Below, piece by piece: positions 45,355 to 53,769 of a stretch of DNA of 56,582 nt (positions within the stretch are counted from its first letter, which is position 1; every line of letters starts with the position of its first letter). The notes beneath the pieces were generated by a model that made no database searches, was not told where the DNA came from, and was given only the letters and a program-made list of their open reading frames with translations. This stretch comes from Christensenellales bacterium (GTDB lineage: Bacteria; Bacillota; Clostridia; Christensenellales; UBA1242): the NCBI GenBank assembly GCA_051889215.1, contig JBJFDC010000026.1, positions 1 to 56,582 of the forward strand, written 5' to 3'. A program made the translations under genes and the position numbers.

Positions 45355-45482
45355 ATTTATCCTCTTTATATAATAAATGAGTATAACAACATAAATCAAA
45401 TTTTGCAATAGAATTGTTTGCAATAAAAAATAATTGCGAGCAAAACCGCAATATTGATGTGGTCTTTCGCAATTATTTTGTT

Positions 45483-45989
45483 CTACAAACACTCGTTGAG
45501 TTCTGACAAAGCTTTTTCGAACAGTTCTTTATGGAGTTGTTCGTCCTCCGCAATTCGAAGCAACAAATTTGCAAGACTTTGATTTTTAACTTTGGTGGCA
45601 GCCATCGAATATTCCGCCACAGCCCCAGTTTCCGAACGAATATTATTTTTTAGAATTTTGCAAATGTTTTTTTCTCGGTCAACAAAAATTCCGCTCCAAA
45701 ATTGTCCGCGAGAATTGGCATAAACTGGGTCGCCCCCAAATTCAACAATGGCCTCACCCAAAAGTTCCAAGTGTCGCATCTCTGTCACCGAAACACCTTC
45801 CAAAAGTCGTGTCACATCGGGGTTGTGCTCTCCGATGACGCGTGCTTGATAGGTGTAGGCGGTGATTGCTGTGAGTTCTGAAATTCTCGAGGCATAAAGA
45901 TTTCGAAGGATAGCAATAGTTTCGGGACTGAACGACGCTCCAACAATTTCTGGATATGGTTTATCAACTTGATAAATTGAGTTTTCCAT
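45483..45989 (-). CDS. ferritin-like / manganese-catalase-family small protein (CotJC-like)
   Basis: Trimmed to MENSIYQ with RBS GGAGGTG. Diiron-type blocks VTEMRHLELLGE, ETGAVAEY and EDEQLHKE. Confidence 0.6.
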   Translation of the reverse strand: MENSIYQVDKPYPEIVGASFSPETIAILRNLYASRISELTAITAYTYQARVIGEHNPDVTRLLEGVSVTEMRHLELLGEAIVEFGGDPVYANSRGQFWSGIFVDREKNICKILKNNIRSETGAVAEYSMAATKVKNQSLANLLLRIAEDEQLHKELFEKALSELNECL

Positions 45990-46106
45990 GGCACCTCCAA
46001 TATGCTTTATATATGAAAAGCGCAAAAAAAAGGTGAGAACATTGGGCGTTTGTTTGACAAGTCTTGTTTTTGAAATTAAAATACCTTTTAAATAAAGCGA
46101 GGACTT

Positions 46107-47489
46107 ATGAAGACAGACATAAAACAAATTTATAAAGAACTTCCAAAACTTTCGGGAACGGTGGTTAAGGTTGGTGGCTGGGTTAGGAGCGCGAGAGATA
46201 TGGGCTCGTTTGCTTTTGTTGACCTCAATGATGGCACGAGTTTCAAAGGCGCGCAAATCATTGTTTCAAAAGATGTCAAGGGATTTAATGACATTGCAAA
46301 ACTCAACGCAGGTTCATCAATCATGGTTGAGGGTGAAGTGAAAGCAACCCCAGAGAACAAACAACCTTTTGATATCGTCGCAAAAAATGTTGAAATAATT
46401 TCGGCGACTGGTGCGGACTATCCTCTTCAAAAAAAGGGGCATTCTCTTGAGTTTTTGCGAGAACAGGCATATCTTCGCCCAAGGACAAACTTGTTTAATG
46501 CAGTATTTCGTGTTCGCAGTGAAATTGCATTTGCGCTGCACACATTTTTCAAGAATGAAGGGTTTGTTTATGTCAACACGCCAATCATAACCGGTGCAGA
46601 TTGCGAAGGCGGGAGTGATGTTTTTAGGGTCACAACACACAACTTTTATGACAAAAAAGAAATGGAAAAGGCAACGCCAGAAAATGATTTCTTTGGGAAA
46701 AATGTTTTCTTGACGCCAACCGGTCAACTCGAAGGTGAGGCAATGGCATTGGCTTTTTCAAAGGTTTATACTTTTGGACCAACATTCCGTTCGGAAAACT
46801 CAAACACTGCTCGACATGCGAGTGAGTTTTGGATGATTGAACCCGAAATGGCATTCTTTGACCTTGAAGACAACATGGAACTCATTGAAAAAATGGTCAA
46901 ATATTTGATATCTTATGTGTTTGAGCATTGCCCAGATGAAATGGCATTCTTCAATCAATTTGTTGACAAAACATTAATTGAAAGACTCAAACATGTTCAA
47001 AATAGTGAGTTTGGAAGAGTGACATATTCCGAAGCGGTTGAAATTCTCAAAAAACATAACGACAAATTTGAGTATAAAGTTGATTGGGGAACAGACCTTC
47101 AAAGTGAACACGAGAGATATCTCACAGAAGTTGTTTATAAGAAGCCAATCTTCATCACAGATTTTCCAAAGGATTTCAAGGCGTTTTATATGCGTCTTAA
47201 TGACGACAAAAAGACAGTTGCTGCTTGTGACCTTCTTGTCCCTGGTGTTGGTGAAATTGTTGGCGGAAGTCAACGCGAAGAAAGACTTGATGTTCTTCTT
47301 GACATGATGGCAGAAAAAGGTCTCAAAGAAAAAGATTATTGGTGGTATCTCAACCTCAGACGTTTTGGTGGCGTCGTTCATAGCGGATTTGGACTTGGAT
47401 TTGAAAGAGTTATCATGTATCTGACAGGAGTTGCCAATATCAGAGATGTTGAACTCTTCCCTCGCACTCCAAAAAATTGCGAATACTAA
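46107..47489 (+). CDS. asnS: asparagine--tRNA ligase
   Basis: OB-fold N-terminus (GWVRSARDMGSFAFVDLNDG), class II motifs FRSENSNTARHASEFWMIEPE and GFGLGFERV, and C-terminus LFPRTP; 460 aa. Confidence 0.9.
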   Translation: MKTDIKQIYKELPKLSGTVVKVGGWVRSARDMGSFAFVDLNDGTSFKGAQIIVSKDVKGFNDIAKLNAGSSIMVEGEVKATPENKQPFDIVAKNVEIISATGADYPLQKKGHSLEFLREQAYLRPRTNLFNAVFRVRSEIAFALHTFFKNEGFVYVNTPIITGADCEGGSDVFRVTTHNFYDKKEMEKATPENDFFGKNVFLTPTGQLEGEAMALAFSKVYTFGPTFRSENSNTARHASEFWMIEPEMAFFDLEDNMELIEKMVKYLISYVFEHCPDEMAFFNQFVDKTLIERLKHVQNSEFGRVTYSEAVEILKKHNDKFEYKVDWGTDLQSEHERYLTEVVYKKPIFITDFPKDFKAFYMRLNDDKKTVAACDLLVPGVGEIVGGSQREERLDVLLDMMAEKGLKEKDYWWYLNLRRFGGVVHSGFGLGFERVIMYLTGVANIRDVELFPRTPKNCEY

Positions 47490-47500
47490 TAAACAACGAC

Positions 47501-47534
47501 AAAAAAGTTTTGCATATTTGCAAAACTTTTTTTA
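47501..47534 (+). terminator. rho-independent terminator of asnS
   Basis: The stem AAAAGTTTTGCA/TGCAAAACTTTT is followed by a T-run. Confidence 0.75.
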
Positions 47535-47611
47535 TGACAAATTACTAATCTTGCGAAAATAAAAAATAAATTAAAATATTTAAAAAATAATTAAAAAAAT
47601 TAATTAATTTC

Positions 47612-47650
47612 ATTAAAACAAACAAAAACAAACGGGCTAAAACCCGTTTG
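47612..47650 (-). terminator. rho-independent terminator of cdd
   Basis: The stem CAAACGGG/CCCGTTTG is followed on the minus strand by TTTTTGTTTGTTTT. Confidence 0.65.
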
Positions 47651-47673
47651 TTAAAAGGAAAAGAATATAATAA

Positions 47674-48123
47674 TTAATTTTTGTTTTTATTTTTGTTTTC
47701 TCTTTCAATTTTTTCATATCCCCACCAACCTGGCAGAATGGATTTCATTGTGACACATTCAAATGGGGAAATGCTTGTGACAATTTCTGAATCTAAGTTG
47801 CCTGGATTTAGTTGCGAAATAAATTCACGGCAAGCACCACACGGAAGTCGTGGATTGAGCGTGCGGTCTATGCACAAAACATATTTTATTTTTGTTTCCC
47901 CGCAAGTTATCATTGTTGAAAGTGCATTTCTTTCGGCGCAAAATCCGAGTCCGCAGTCACTTTTTATATTGACGCCGAAATATACATTGTTTTTCATTGT
48001 TATAACTGCTGCCGCGGTTGTTGCGATTTGCATAAAGGGAGAAACTTGCTGCAATTCGACATAGTCCTTGAGTTCGTTATATGTTTTTTCAATGCTTTCA
48101 AATTTTTTTGTTAATTTTTTCAT
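47674..48123 (-). CDS. cdd: cytidine deaminase
   Basis: Zinc motifs CAERNA and PCGACRE. Trimmed to MKKLTKKF with RBS AAAGGAG. Confidence 0.85.
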   Translation of the reverse strand: MKKLTKKFESIEKTYNELKDYVELQQVSPFMQIATTAAAVITMKNNVYFGVNIKSDCGLGFCAERNALSTMITCGETKIKYVLCIDRTLNPRLPCGACREFISQLNPGNLDSEIVTSISPFECVTMKSILPGWWGYEKIERENKNKNKN

Positions 48124-48213
48124 GGTGCTCCTTTGGAAAAAGTTTAGCACAATAGCCAAGCAAATGCAATTTGTTTGTTTGCCTATTTTGTCCAAAACGA
48201 ATATAATATTTTT

Positions 48214-48696
48214 ATGGAAAAAATGCAAAGACAAACGAGGGCGATGTTAGTTTGCGCAATAATTTTGAGTGTTATGTTTCCGTTGGGAATTGTTGGGATT
48301 GTTTTGACTGCAATTAACAAAATGATTCCGCTTGTGATTATGTTTGCGGTTATGACTGGTTTTTGCTTTTATGCTGTGCCAATTATGTGGACTTCATATG
48401 GCACCAAATTGCAGCACAAAAAAGTTCTTTCTTGCATTGAAATTGATAGATATGAAAATGTTGACAAAATCAGCAGTGCAACGCAAATTTCAAAAAAAGA
48501 AGTTGCAAGCATAATTCGTTCACTCGTTGGCAAGAGTTGTTTGCACGGATATGCTTTTGATGGTGAAAATCTGCAAATCATTGAGGAGGGAAAGCTCAGG
48601 TCGCCTTCAAAATCTGGCAAGGTCAAATGCCCAAATTGTGGAGCATCATATCAAATTAATGATGAAAATTGCACCTGTCCATATTGTGGAAGTTAG
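48214..48696 (+). CDS. membrane protein with C-terminal zinc ribbon (YdjG-like?)
   Basis: Two TM helices, a soluble domain, then CPNCG...CTCPYCG. The start is uncertain (see the leaderless note in findings). Confidence 0.55.
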   Translation: MEKMQRQTRAMLVCAIILSVMFPLGIVGIVLTAINKMIPLVIMFAVMTGFCFYAVPIMWTSYGTKLQHKKVLSCIEIDRYENVDKISSATQISKKEVASIIRSLVGKSCLHGYAFDGENLQIIEEGKLRSPSKSGKVKCPNCGASYQINDENCTCPYCGS

Positions 48697-48767
48697 GTTT
48701 TTTATGCTGCAAATTTGTTGTTAATTGTTAACAAAAATGATATTATAAAAATATATAGGAGGAAAAT

Positions 48768-49883
48768 ATGGGATTATTTAAAATCAAAAAACAATTATTG
48801 AAGGTCATTGAATGCAAAGATATGGACAAAGACACCATCGTGTATAAATATCAACTTAACGACCGTGAAGAAATTATGAATAGTTCAACACTCGTCGTTC
48901 GCCCATCGCAATGTGCTTTGTTTGTTCACAAGGGACAAATCGCCGACATTTTTTCAGAAGGCACATACAAACTCGCAAGTGAAAACATTCCAATCATAAC
49001 AAAAATGCTTTCGCTCCCAACGGGATTTGAAAGCCCAATCAAAGCTGACGTATATTTTGTCAATATGAAGCAAATCACTGGTCAAAAATGGGGAACACAA
49101 AACCCAATCCCAATGAGAGATAGTGAGTTTGGCAACATCAGACTTCGCGGCTTTGGTGTTTACACCTATAAGGTTGACGATGCAAAACTCTTTATGCGTG
49201 AAATGTTTGGAACAAATGAGGTCTATACAACCGCCGATATGGCAGAACAACTCAAACCAATGATTATCCAAGGCATAACCGATGCGATTGGCGAAAGCGG
49301 AATTTCAGCACTTGACCTTGCAGCAAATTACAAGGAATTTGGTGAAAAAATTGTTGAGTGCTCAAAAGAAGAATTCGGTGCTTTGGGACTCAAACTTTGC
49401 AAAGTTGTCCTTGAAAACATTTCATTCCCAGAAGAGGTTGAAAAGGCACTTGACGAAAGAACAAAACTTGGAGTTTTGGAACAAAAAATGGGAACATACA
49501 CCCAATATCAAGCTGCAAACGCAATGAGAGATGCGGCAAAAAATCCAAGCGGTGGAAACCTGGCTGGACTTGGCGTTGGACTTGGAGCAGGTGGAGCAAT
49601 CGGCAATATGTTTGCAAATTCTCTGAACACTGAAAACAAAACAAAAGCACCTTCTGCTCAATGCTCAAAATGTGGTGCAGCAATCAGAGCGAGCGCAAAA
49701 TTCTGTCCTGAATGCGGAGCGCGACAAGGTGAAGTTTGCCCAAAATGTGGCGCTGCAATATCAAAAAATGCAAAGTTCTGTCCTGAATGCGGTGAACGAC
49801 TAATAAAAAAATGTCCAAAATGTGGAACCGAACTCAAAAGTGGGGCAAAATTCTGTCCTGAATGCGGAGAAAAAATAAAATAA
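48768..49883 (+). CDS. SPFH-domain protein (YdjI / COG4260-like) with three C-terminal zinc ribbons
   Basis: RBS AGGAGG. An N-terminal SPFH-like region of about 250 aa and a Gly-rich linker precede 3 x (C-x-K-C-G-x11-F-C-P-E-C-G). Confidence 0.7.
   Translation: MGLFKIKKQLLKVIECKDMDKDTIVYKYQLNDREEIMNSSTLVVRPSQCALFVHKGQIADIFSEGTYKLASENIPIITKMLSLPTGFESPIKADVYFVNMKQITGQKWGTQNPIPMRDSEFGNIRLRGFGVYTYKVDDAKLFMREMFGTNEVYTTADMAEQLKPMIIQGITDAIGESGISALDLAANYKEFGEKIVECSKEEFGALGLKLCKVVLENISFPEEVEKALDERTKLGVLEQKMGTYTQYQAANAMRDAAKNPSGGNLAGLGVGLGAGGAIGNMFANSLNTENKTKAPSAQCSKCGAAIRASAKFCPECGARQGEVCPKCGAAISKNAKFCPECGERLIKKCPKCGTELKSGAKFCPECGEKIK
49662..49883 (+). repeat. 3 x 75-bp in-frame tandem repeat encoding the zinc ribbons
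   Basis: Units start at 49662, 49737 and 49812, and each contains the identical 17-mer ttctgtcctgaatgcgg. Confidence 0.9.
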
Positions 49884-49943
49884 TGGCAAAGTTTGAAGCG
49901 GCACATCAAAAAAAATTGATTCAATTATAAACAGGAGGTTTTT

Positions 49944-50288
49944 ATGAATAAAATTGAAAGAGGGAAAAGAGGGCTGTCAGCGTTTGGCATTGTTCTTATT
50001 GTGCTTGCTGTGATATTTGGCGTGCTCGGAGTTCTGGGTGTTGTTTTTGGCTCACTCAAAATCAACGTTTGGCTCATTGTTGGGGGAGTTATTGGACTCA
50101 TTCTATCGGCCTTCGCAATCATTTATGGAGTGACATTTGCTTGGACTGCTTCCGCTCTTGTTGCAACAAAGGGAAACATTGCTGAAGACAATCTCGGAAT
50201 TGGAACTGTAAATCAAGAAAAATGTCAAAAATGTGGAATGCCACTCAATCCAGAGACTCACAAATGTCCAAACCACCCAGAAGATTAA
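49944..50288 (+). CDS. small membrane protein with C-terminal zinc-ribbon-like CxxC...CPxH
   Basis: RBS AGGAGG, three TM helices, then CQKCGMPLNPETHKCPNH. Confidence 0.55.
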   Translation: MNKIERGKRGLSAFGIVLIVLAVIFGVLGVLGVVFGSLKINVWLIVGGVIGLILSAFAIIYGVTFAWTASALVATKGNIAEDNLGIGTVNQEKCQKCGMPLNPETHKCPNHPED

Positions 50289-50353
50289 TAACAAAAAGCT
50301 TTGATTATTTTATAGTTGGCTATTGATATGTTAAGACATAGAAAGGAGAAGAT

Positions 50354-52750
50354 ATGTTAAAGAAAAAATCCATATTAACTTATTTACTTGCCATGTGTTT
50401 TATAATTCCGGCTGTTTTAATGTTATCGGCATGTGGTGAAAAGAAATTTAGTCACCTTAATGTAGAGTTTGTAAATCAAGGTTCTAATTATATTTCTTGT
50501 GATTATGGCGATAATGCTGGATTTGATAGTTTTGAAGTTTTGGCTTATTATTCAGATAACTCAACAAGCGAGTTAAGTTTGCAAGATCTTACAGTCAAAA
50601 TAGAGTATTATGCCAATGATTCTTCCACCCCTAATGATATAGACTTAAATTCATATTTAAATAAGGTTGAATCTAATTCACTTGATGCAGGCACTTATAA
50701 TATCAAATTTACTTACAATGGTTCAACTGCTTTCCTTACAGCAGTTGTTAATGCAGTTGAAAACACTTTGAATTATGAACTTGATTTGACCACAGATGTA
50801 AATTCCATGGGTGGCAAAACAATCACAAAAAACAATGTGCTGTTTTTTGGCACAAAAGCCAGTGCTGTTAATTCAGTCGTCACGTCAAACAATGAGATTG
50901 TTCCGGACAGTCAAGTGGAAGGGCTATATATCTTAATGAAAAATGTTGACGGGCATGAAAATATAACTGAATATTATAATGTTAAAGATAACATGCCTGA
51001 TAATTTGTCAACCCCACAAGAATATGAACAAAACAATTTGTTGTTTGCAATATCTCGTGATGACGAATTTGATGATTTAAGCGAAATCACGCCGGGAGAA
51101 TATCTGATTTGTGCAAAAATTAAACAAACAAATAATTTCTTTGAAACATATTCAAATTTTCAAAAGGTGGAAATCATAAAAGCACCTTTTACCATTGTAA
51201 ATGACGAACTTACATCTGAAAATTATGACACATACAATGGCTTGGAATATACTTGGGCATTTGATGTTGCAAAAGGCGTTAATAAAAATGTCACATTTAA
51301 CCAAATGTTGGCAAATCAAGAAAACAACTTTCTTCATGCACGAGATTATTTTTCAGGCGGTTCAATTTCTTTGATTTTAAAAGCAGGGCAACAAACAACT
51401 CAAGAGTCAATAACCCTCAACAACATTGTGACTGATGATCAAGATGAAAATAGCATTTCAAAGTTGTTGAATTATGGAAATTTTGTTGCAGTTCCTTTTG
51501 ATGGTGAAACAGAGTTGCCAGTTTATAACGCACAACAAAAAGGTGGAAAATTAACTGCAAGAGTAAAATTTGTCCCTAACGAATACTATCAAAATTTATA
51601 TGATGAGTCTGAACCATTCTTAATCAAACTTACGGTCAATAAGGGTTCGTATGTTATTCCTAGGCCAACAATAAATACCAACAAATATACTTATGATTCG
51701 GCAGGCATTTTGCCAAGTGTTATGGCATTTAATTATTTTAATTATGCTTCCCAGTTTGTTGCTGACAAGAGTGCTGGTCTTGCTGAAAGTTATATATCAG
51801 AAGATTATAACAATATTTGGCAATTTAGCGCCACTGGTGCAGGAACTTATTCAACAACATTATATTTTTCTGGCAATGACACAGAAAGCAATATTATAAA
51901 TTTTTGTTGGGAAGAAGATATAACCACACCTCATGGTTCAAATTATGCTGCCGAGTATGTTAAAAAAACAATAGATGGCACCGAATACGTTGTTGGTGTG
52001 AAATACACATGGACTGTTGAAAAAGAAGAATTTGATAATTTGGCCAACTTTATATATGATGAAAATGGTTTTAGTTTACATCTAAATGAAAATGGAGAAG
52101 CAATTATAAGATTCGGTCTTGGGCCAGATTCATACTATGACGGATTGGAATTGACATGGGTGGTGTTAGATAAAGGCGTTGGTGTTGACGAATATGTAAA
52201 AACAACTGCTACTGGCAAATTGACAGATGTTCCGGGCAAAGAAGGCAACAGCCGATATAAAAAATTTATATTGGATGTAAGTGGACTGGAGTTGACTTCA
52301 ACGGATTTTAACATTGGGTTTGCTATTACTACAGTTGGCTCCGATAACTTTGGACCAATTAATTCACAAAACATCATTGTCGGTTTGAGTGGTTATAATT
52401 ATTATCAAGATGAAAATTCAAATCTGTGCAAGCAATTCTATGGCACCACAACTGATGATGAAACAATTTATGCTGATTATCGTTTGTTTGCTGAAGGTGA
52501 CACACTTAAAACAGTTTTGGATTCATTAAATAGCATTACTGGAACAAATGGCACATGGACAATTAAAAACACAGATGACACAGAAATAACCGATTATTCT
52601 AGTATCAGTTTAACAAATGCATGCAAATTTAAATTTGTGTTTTCTAGCAGTGTGTGTTATATTAAAAATATAGGCACTGATTATGATTTTGTATTACATT
52701 TCTTTGACCATGAACCGGTGGCAGATGAATTTGATATCGCGACCGAATAA
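50354..52750 (+). CDS. large surface lipoprotein (798 aa), Ig/MBG-like repeats suspected
   Basis: RBS AAAGGAGAA and lipobox LSAC. Segments such as LDAGTYNIKFTYNGSTAF resemble MBG/Ig-like adhesin repeats. Confidence 0.65.
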   Translation: MLKKKSILTYLLAMCFIIPAVLMLSACGEKKFSHLNVEFVNQGSNYISCDYGDNAGFDSFEVLAYYSDNSTSELSLQDLTVKIEYYANDSSTPNDIDLNSYLNKVESNSLDAGTYNIKFTYNGSTAFLTAVVNAVENTLNYELDLTTDVNSMGGKTITKNNVLFFGTKASAVNSVVTSNNEIVPDSQVEGLYILMKNVDGHENITEYYNVKDNMPDNLSTPQEYEQNNLLFAISRDDEFDDLSEITPGEYLICAKIKQTNNFFETYSNFQKVEIIKAPFTIVNDELTSENYDTYNGLEYTWAFDVAKGVNKNVTFNQMLANQENNFLHARDYFSGGSISLILKAGQQTTQESITLNNIVTDDQDENSISKLLNYGNFVAVPFDGETELPVYNAQQKGGKLTARVKFVPNEYYQNLYDESEPFLIKLTVNKGSYVIPRPTINTNKYTYDSAGILPSVMAFNYFNYASQFVADKSAGLAESYISEDYNNIWQFSATGAGTYSTTLYFSGNDTESNIINFCWEEDITTPHGSNYAAEYVKKTIDGTEYVVGVKYTWTVEKEEFDNLANFIYDENGFSLHLNENGEAIIRFGLGPDSYYDGLELTWVVLDKGVGVDEYVKTTATGKLTDVPGKEGNSRYKKFILDVSGLELTSTDFNIGFAITTVGSDNFGPINSQNIIVGLSGYNYYQDENSNLCKQFYGTTTDDETIYADYRLFAEGDTLKTVLDSLNSITGTNGTWTIKNTDDTEITDYSSISLTNACKFKFVFSSSVCYIKNIGTDYDFVLHFFDHEPVADEFDIATE

Positions 52751-52814
52751 AAATATTTAAAAGATATGACCACAATGAAAATGCAAAAAATTAACATACA
52801 TTCAGTCATATAAA

Positions 52815-52857
52815 CAAAAAAAAGAGCATATTTCAAATATATGCTCTTTATTTTTTA
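52815..52857. terminator. bidirectional terminator
   Basis: The stem AAAGAGCATA/TATGCTCTTT is flanked by A- and T-runs. Confidence 0.7.
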
Positions 52858-52920
52858 ACAAAGACATTGCAAGTTTCAAATTATCTAGACGAAACTCGTG
52901 TTCTTTGTTATTCTTGTTGA

Positions 52921-53640
52921 TTATCTCTCGATTGAATTTGATTTTGTTGGTGAGGTTTTTGGAGTGGTGCGTGCTGGCTCGGGTGTTGGAGTTTGAGTTC
53001 TTGCATGAATGCGGTTTGAGAGGCGCATTTGATTTTCGCGTTGCATTTGTTTTCTTCGTTTGACTTCTTGAATTTTTTGTTTCATCTTTTCTGACAACTT
53101 TTCTTCATCAAGTTCTTTGTCTTCTGATAAAAATTCTTCAAAATTTTTTTCGCCTTCTTTGAGAAATTGGTCAAGTTCTTTTGCGGCTTGCATGACTTTT
53201 TCTTTTGTTTTGTCGATATCAAAATTTTCTTCTGTGAGTTTGAGAACATTCATTTCAGGACAGTTGAGATTGAGCCCGAGTTTGTTCTGAACTTTTTTGA
53301 GGTCGGTGTAGAGTTCGACAAAATTATAGTTTGGATTTTTGAAGTTTTGTTTTGCGTTTGCGATGATTTGTTGTTTTTCGCGCAGATTGTCAACAACGCG
53401 AGAGATGCTGTCTTTGTTGTCCATATCCATCGACATATCAAGTGCTGAAATCAATGTTTGAATGTTTGTCTCGGCTCTTTCAAAAGCACTGGATACGGTT
53501 TTGTTGTCTTGCTCCAAAATGCTCATGTCACACCCATCACAAACCGAAGGGATTGGATTGACTCCACTCTCAGCCATCATTTCTGCAAACATAATATCAA
53601 CTGATGCCAAATCGTTTAGTTCTGAAGTATTAATGCTCAT
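52921..53640 (-). CDS. hypothetical coiled-coil protein (239 aa) with Pro/Thr-rich tail
   Basis: The ATG lies 4 nt after GAGGTG. No motif recognised. Confidence 0.55.
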   Translation of the reverse strand: MSINTSELNDLASVDIMFAEMMAESGVNPIPSVCDGCDMSILEQDNKTVSSAFERAETNIQTLISALDMSMDMDNKDSISRVVDNLREKQQIIANAKQNFKNPNYNFVELYTDLKKVQNKLGLNLNCPEMNVLKLTEENFDIDKTKEKVMQAAKELDQFLKEGEKNFEEFLSEDKELDEEKLSEKMKQKIQEVKRRKQMQRENQMRLSNRIHARTQTPTPEPARTTPKTSPTKSNSIER

Positions 53641-53769
53641 AAACACCTCGTATTTTTATCCATTTTATCAAAATTAGGATTTTTTGTAAAGAGAATGCAA
53701 AATGTTTGTCAACTCGTTTTGTTTGACAAACATTCAAGTTATTTATATCATAAAAACGAGAGGGAAAGC

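Noticed and set aside
45395-45435. Direct repeats TTTGCAATA (twice) plus TAATTGCGA upstream of alaS as an autoregulatory operator
   Set aside because: The motifs are short and AT-rich, and they overlap the large-loop terminator of the upstream gene. There is no way to distinguish them from chance without comparative data.
45483-46256. 257-aa ORF overlapping the asnS start, plus long N-terminal extensions in the ORF track for alaS, cdd, the DUF4097-like gene, relA-like, glpK and others
   Set aside because: The extensions lack an RBS, overlap neighbouring genes or promoters, and precede an internal Met with a strong GGAGG-type RBS and a canonical family N-terminus. Coordinates were trimmed accordingly.
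49662-49883. Regularly spaced 75-bp repeats as a CRISPR-like array
   Set aside because: The repeats are in frame inside a coding sequence and encode three zinc-ribbon modules. There are no unique spacers, no leader and no cas genes.
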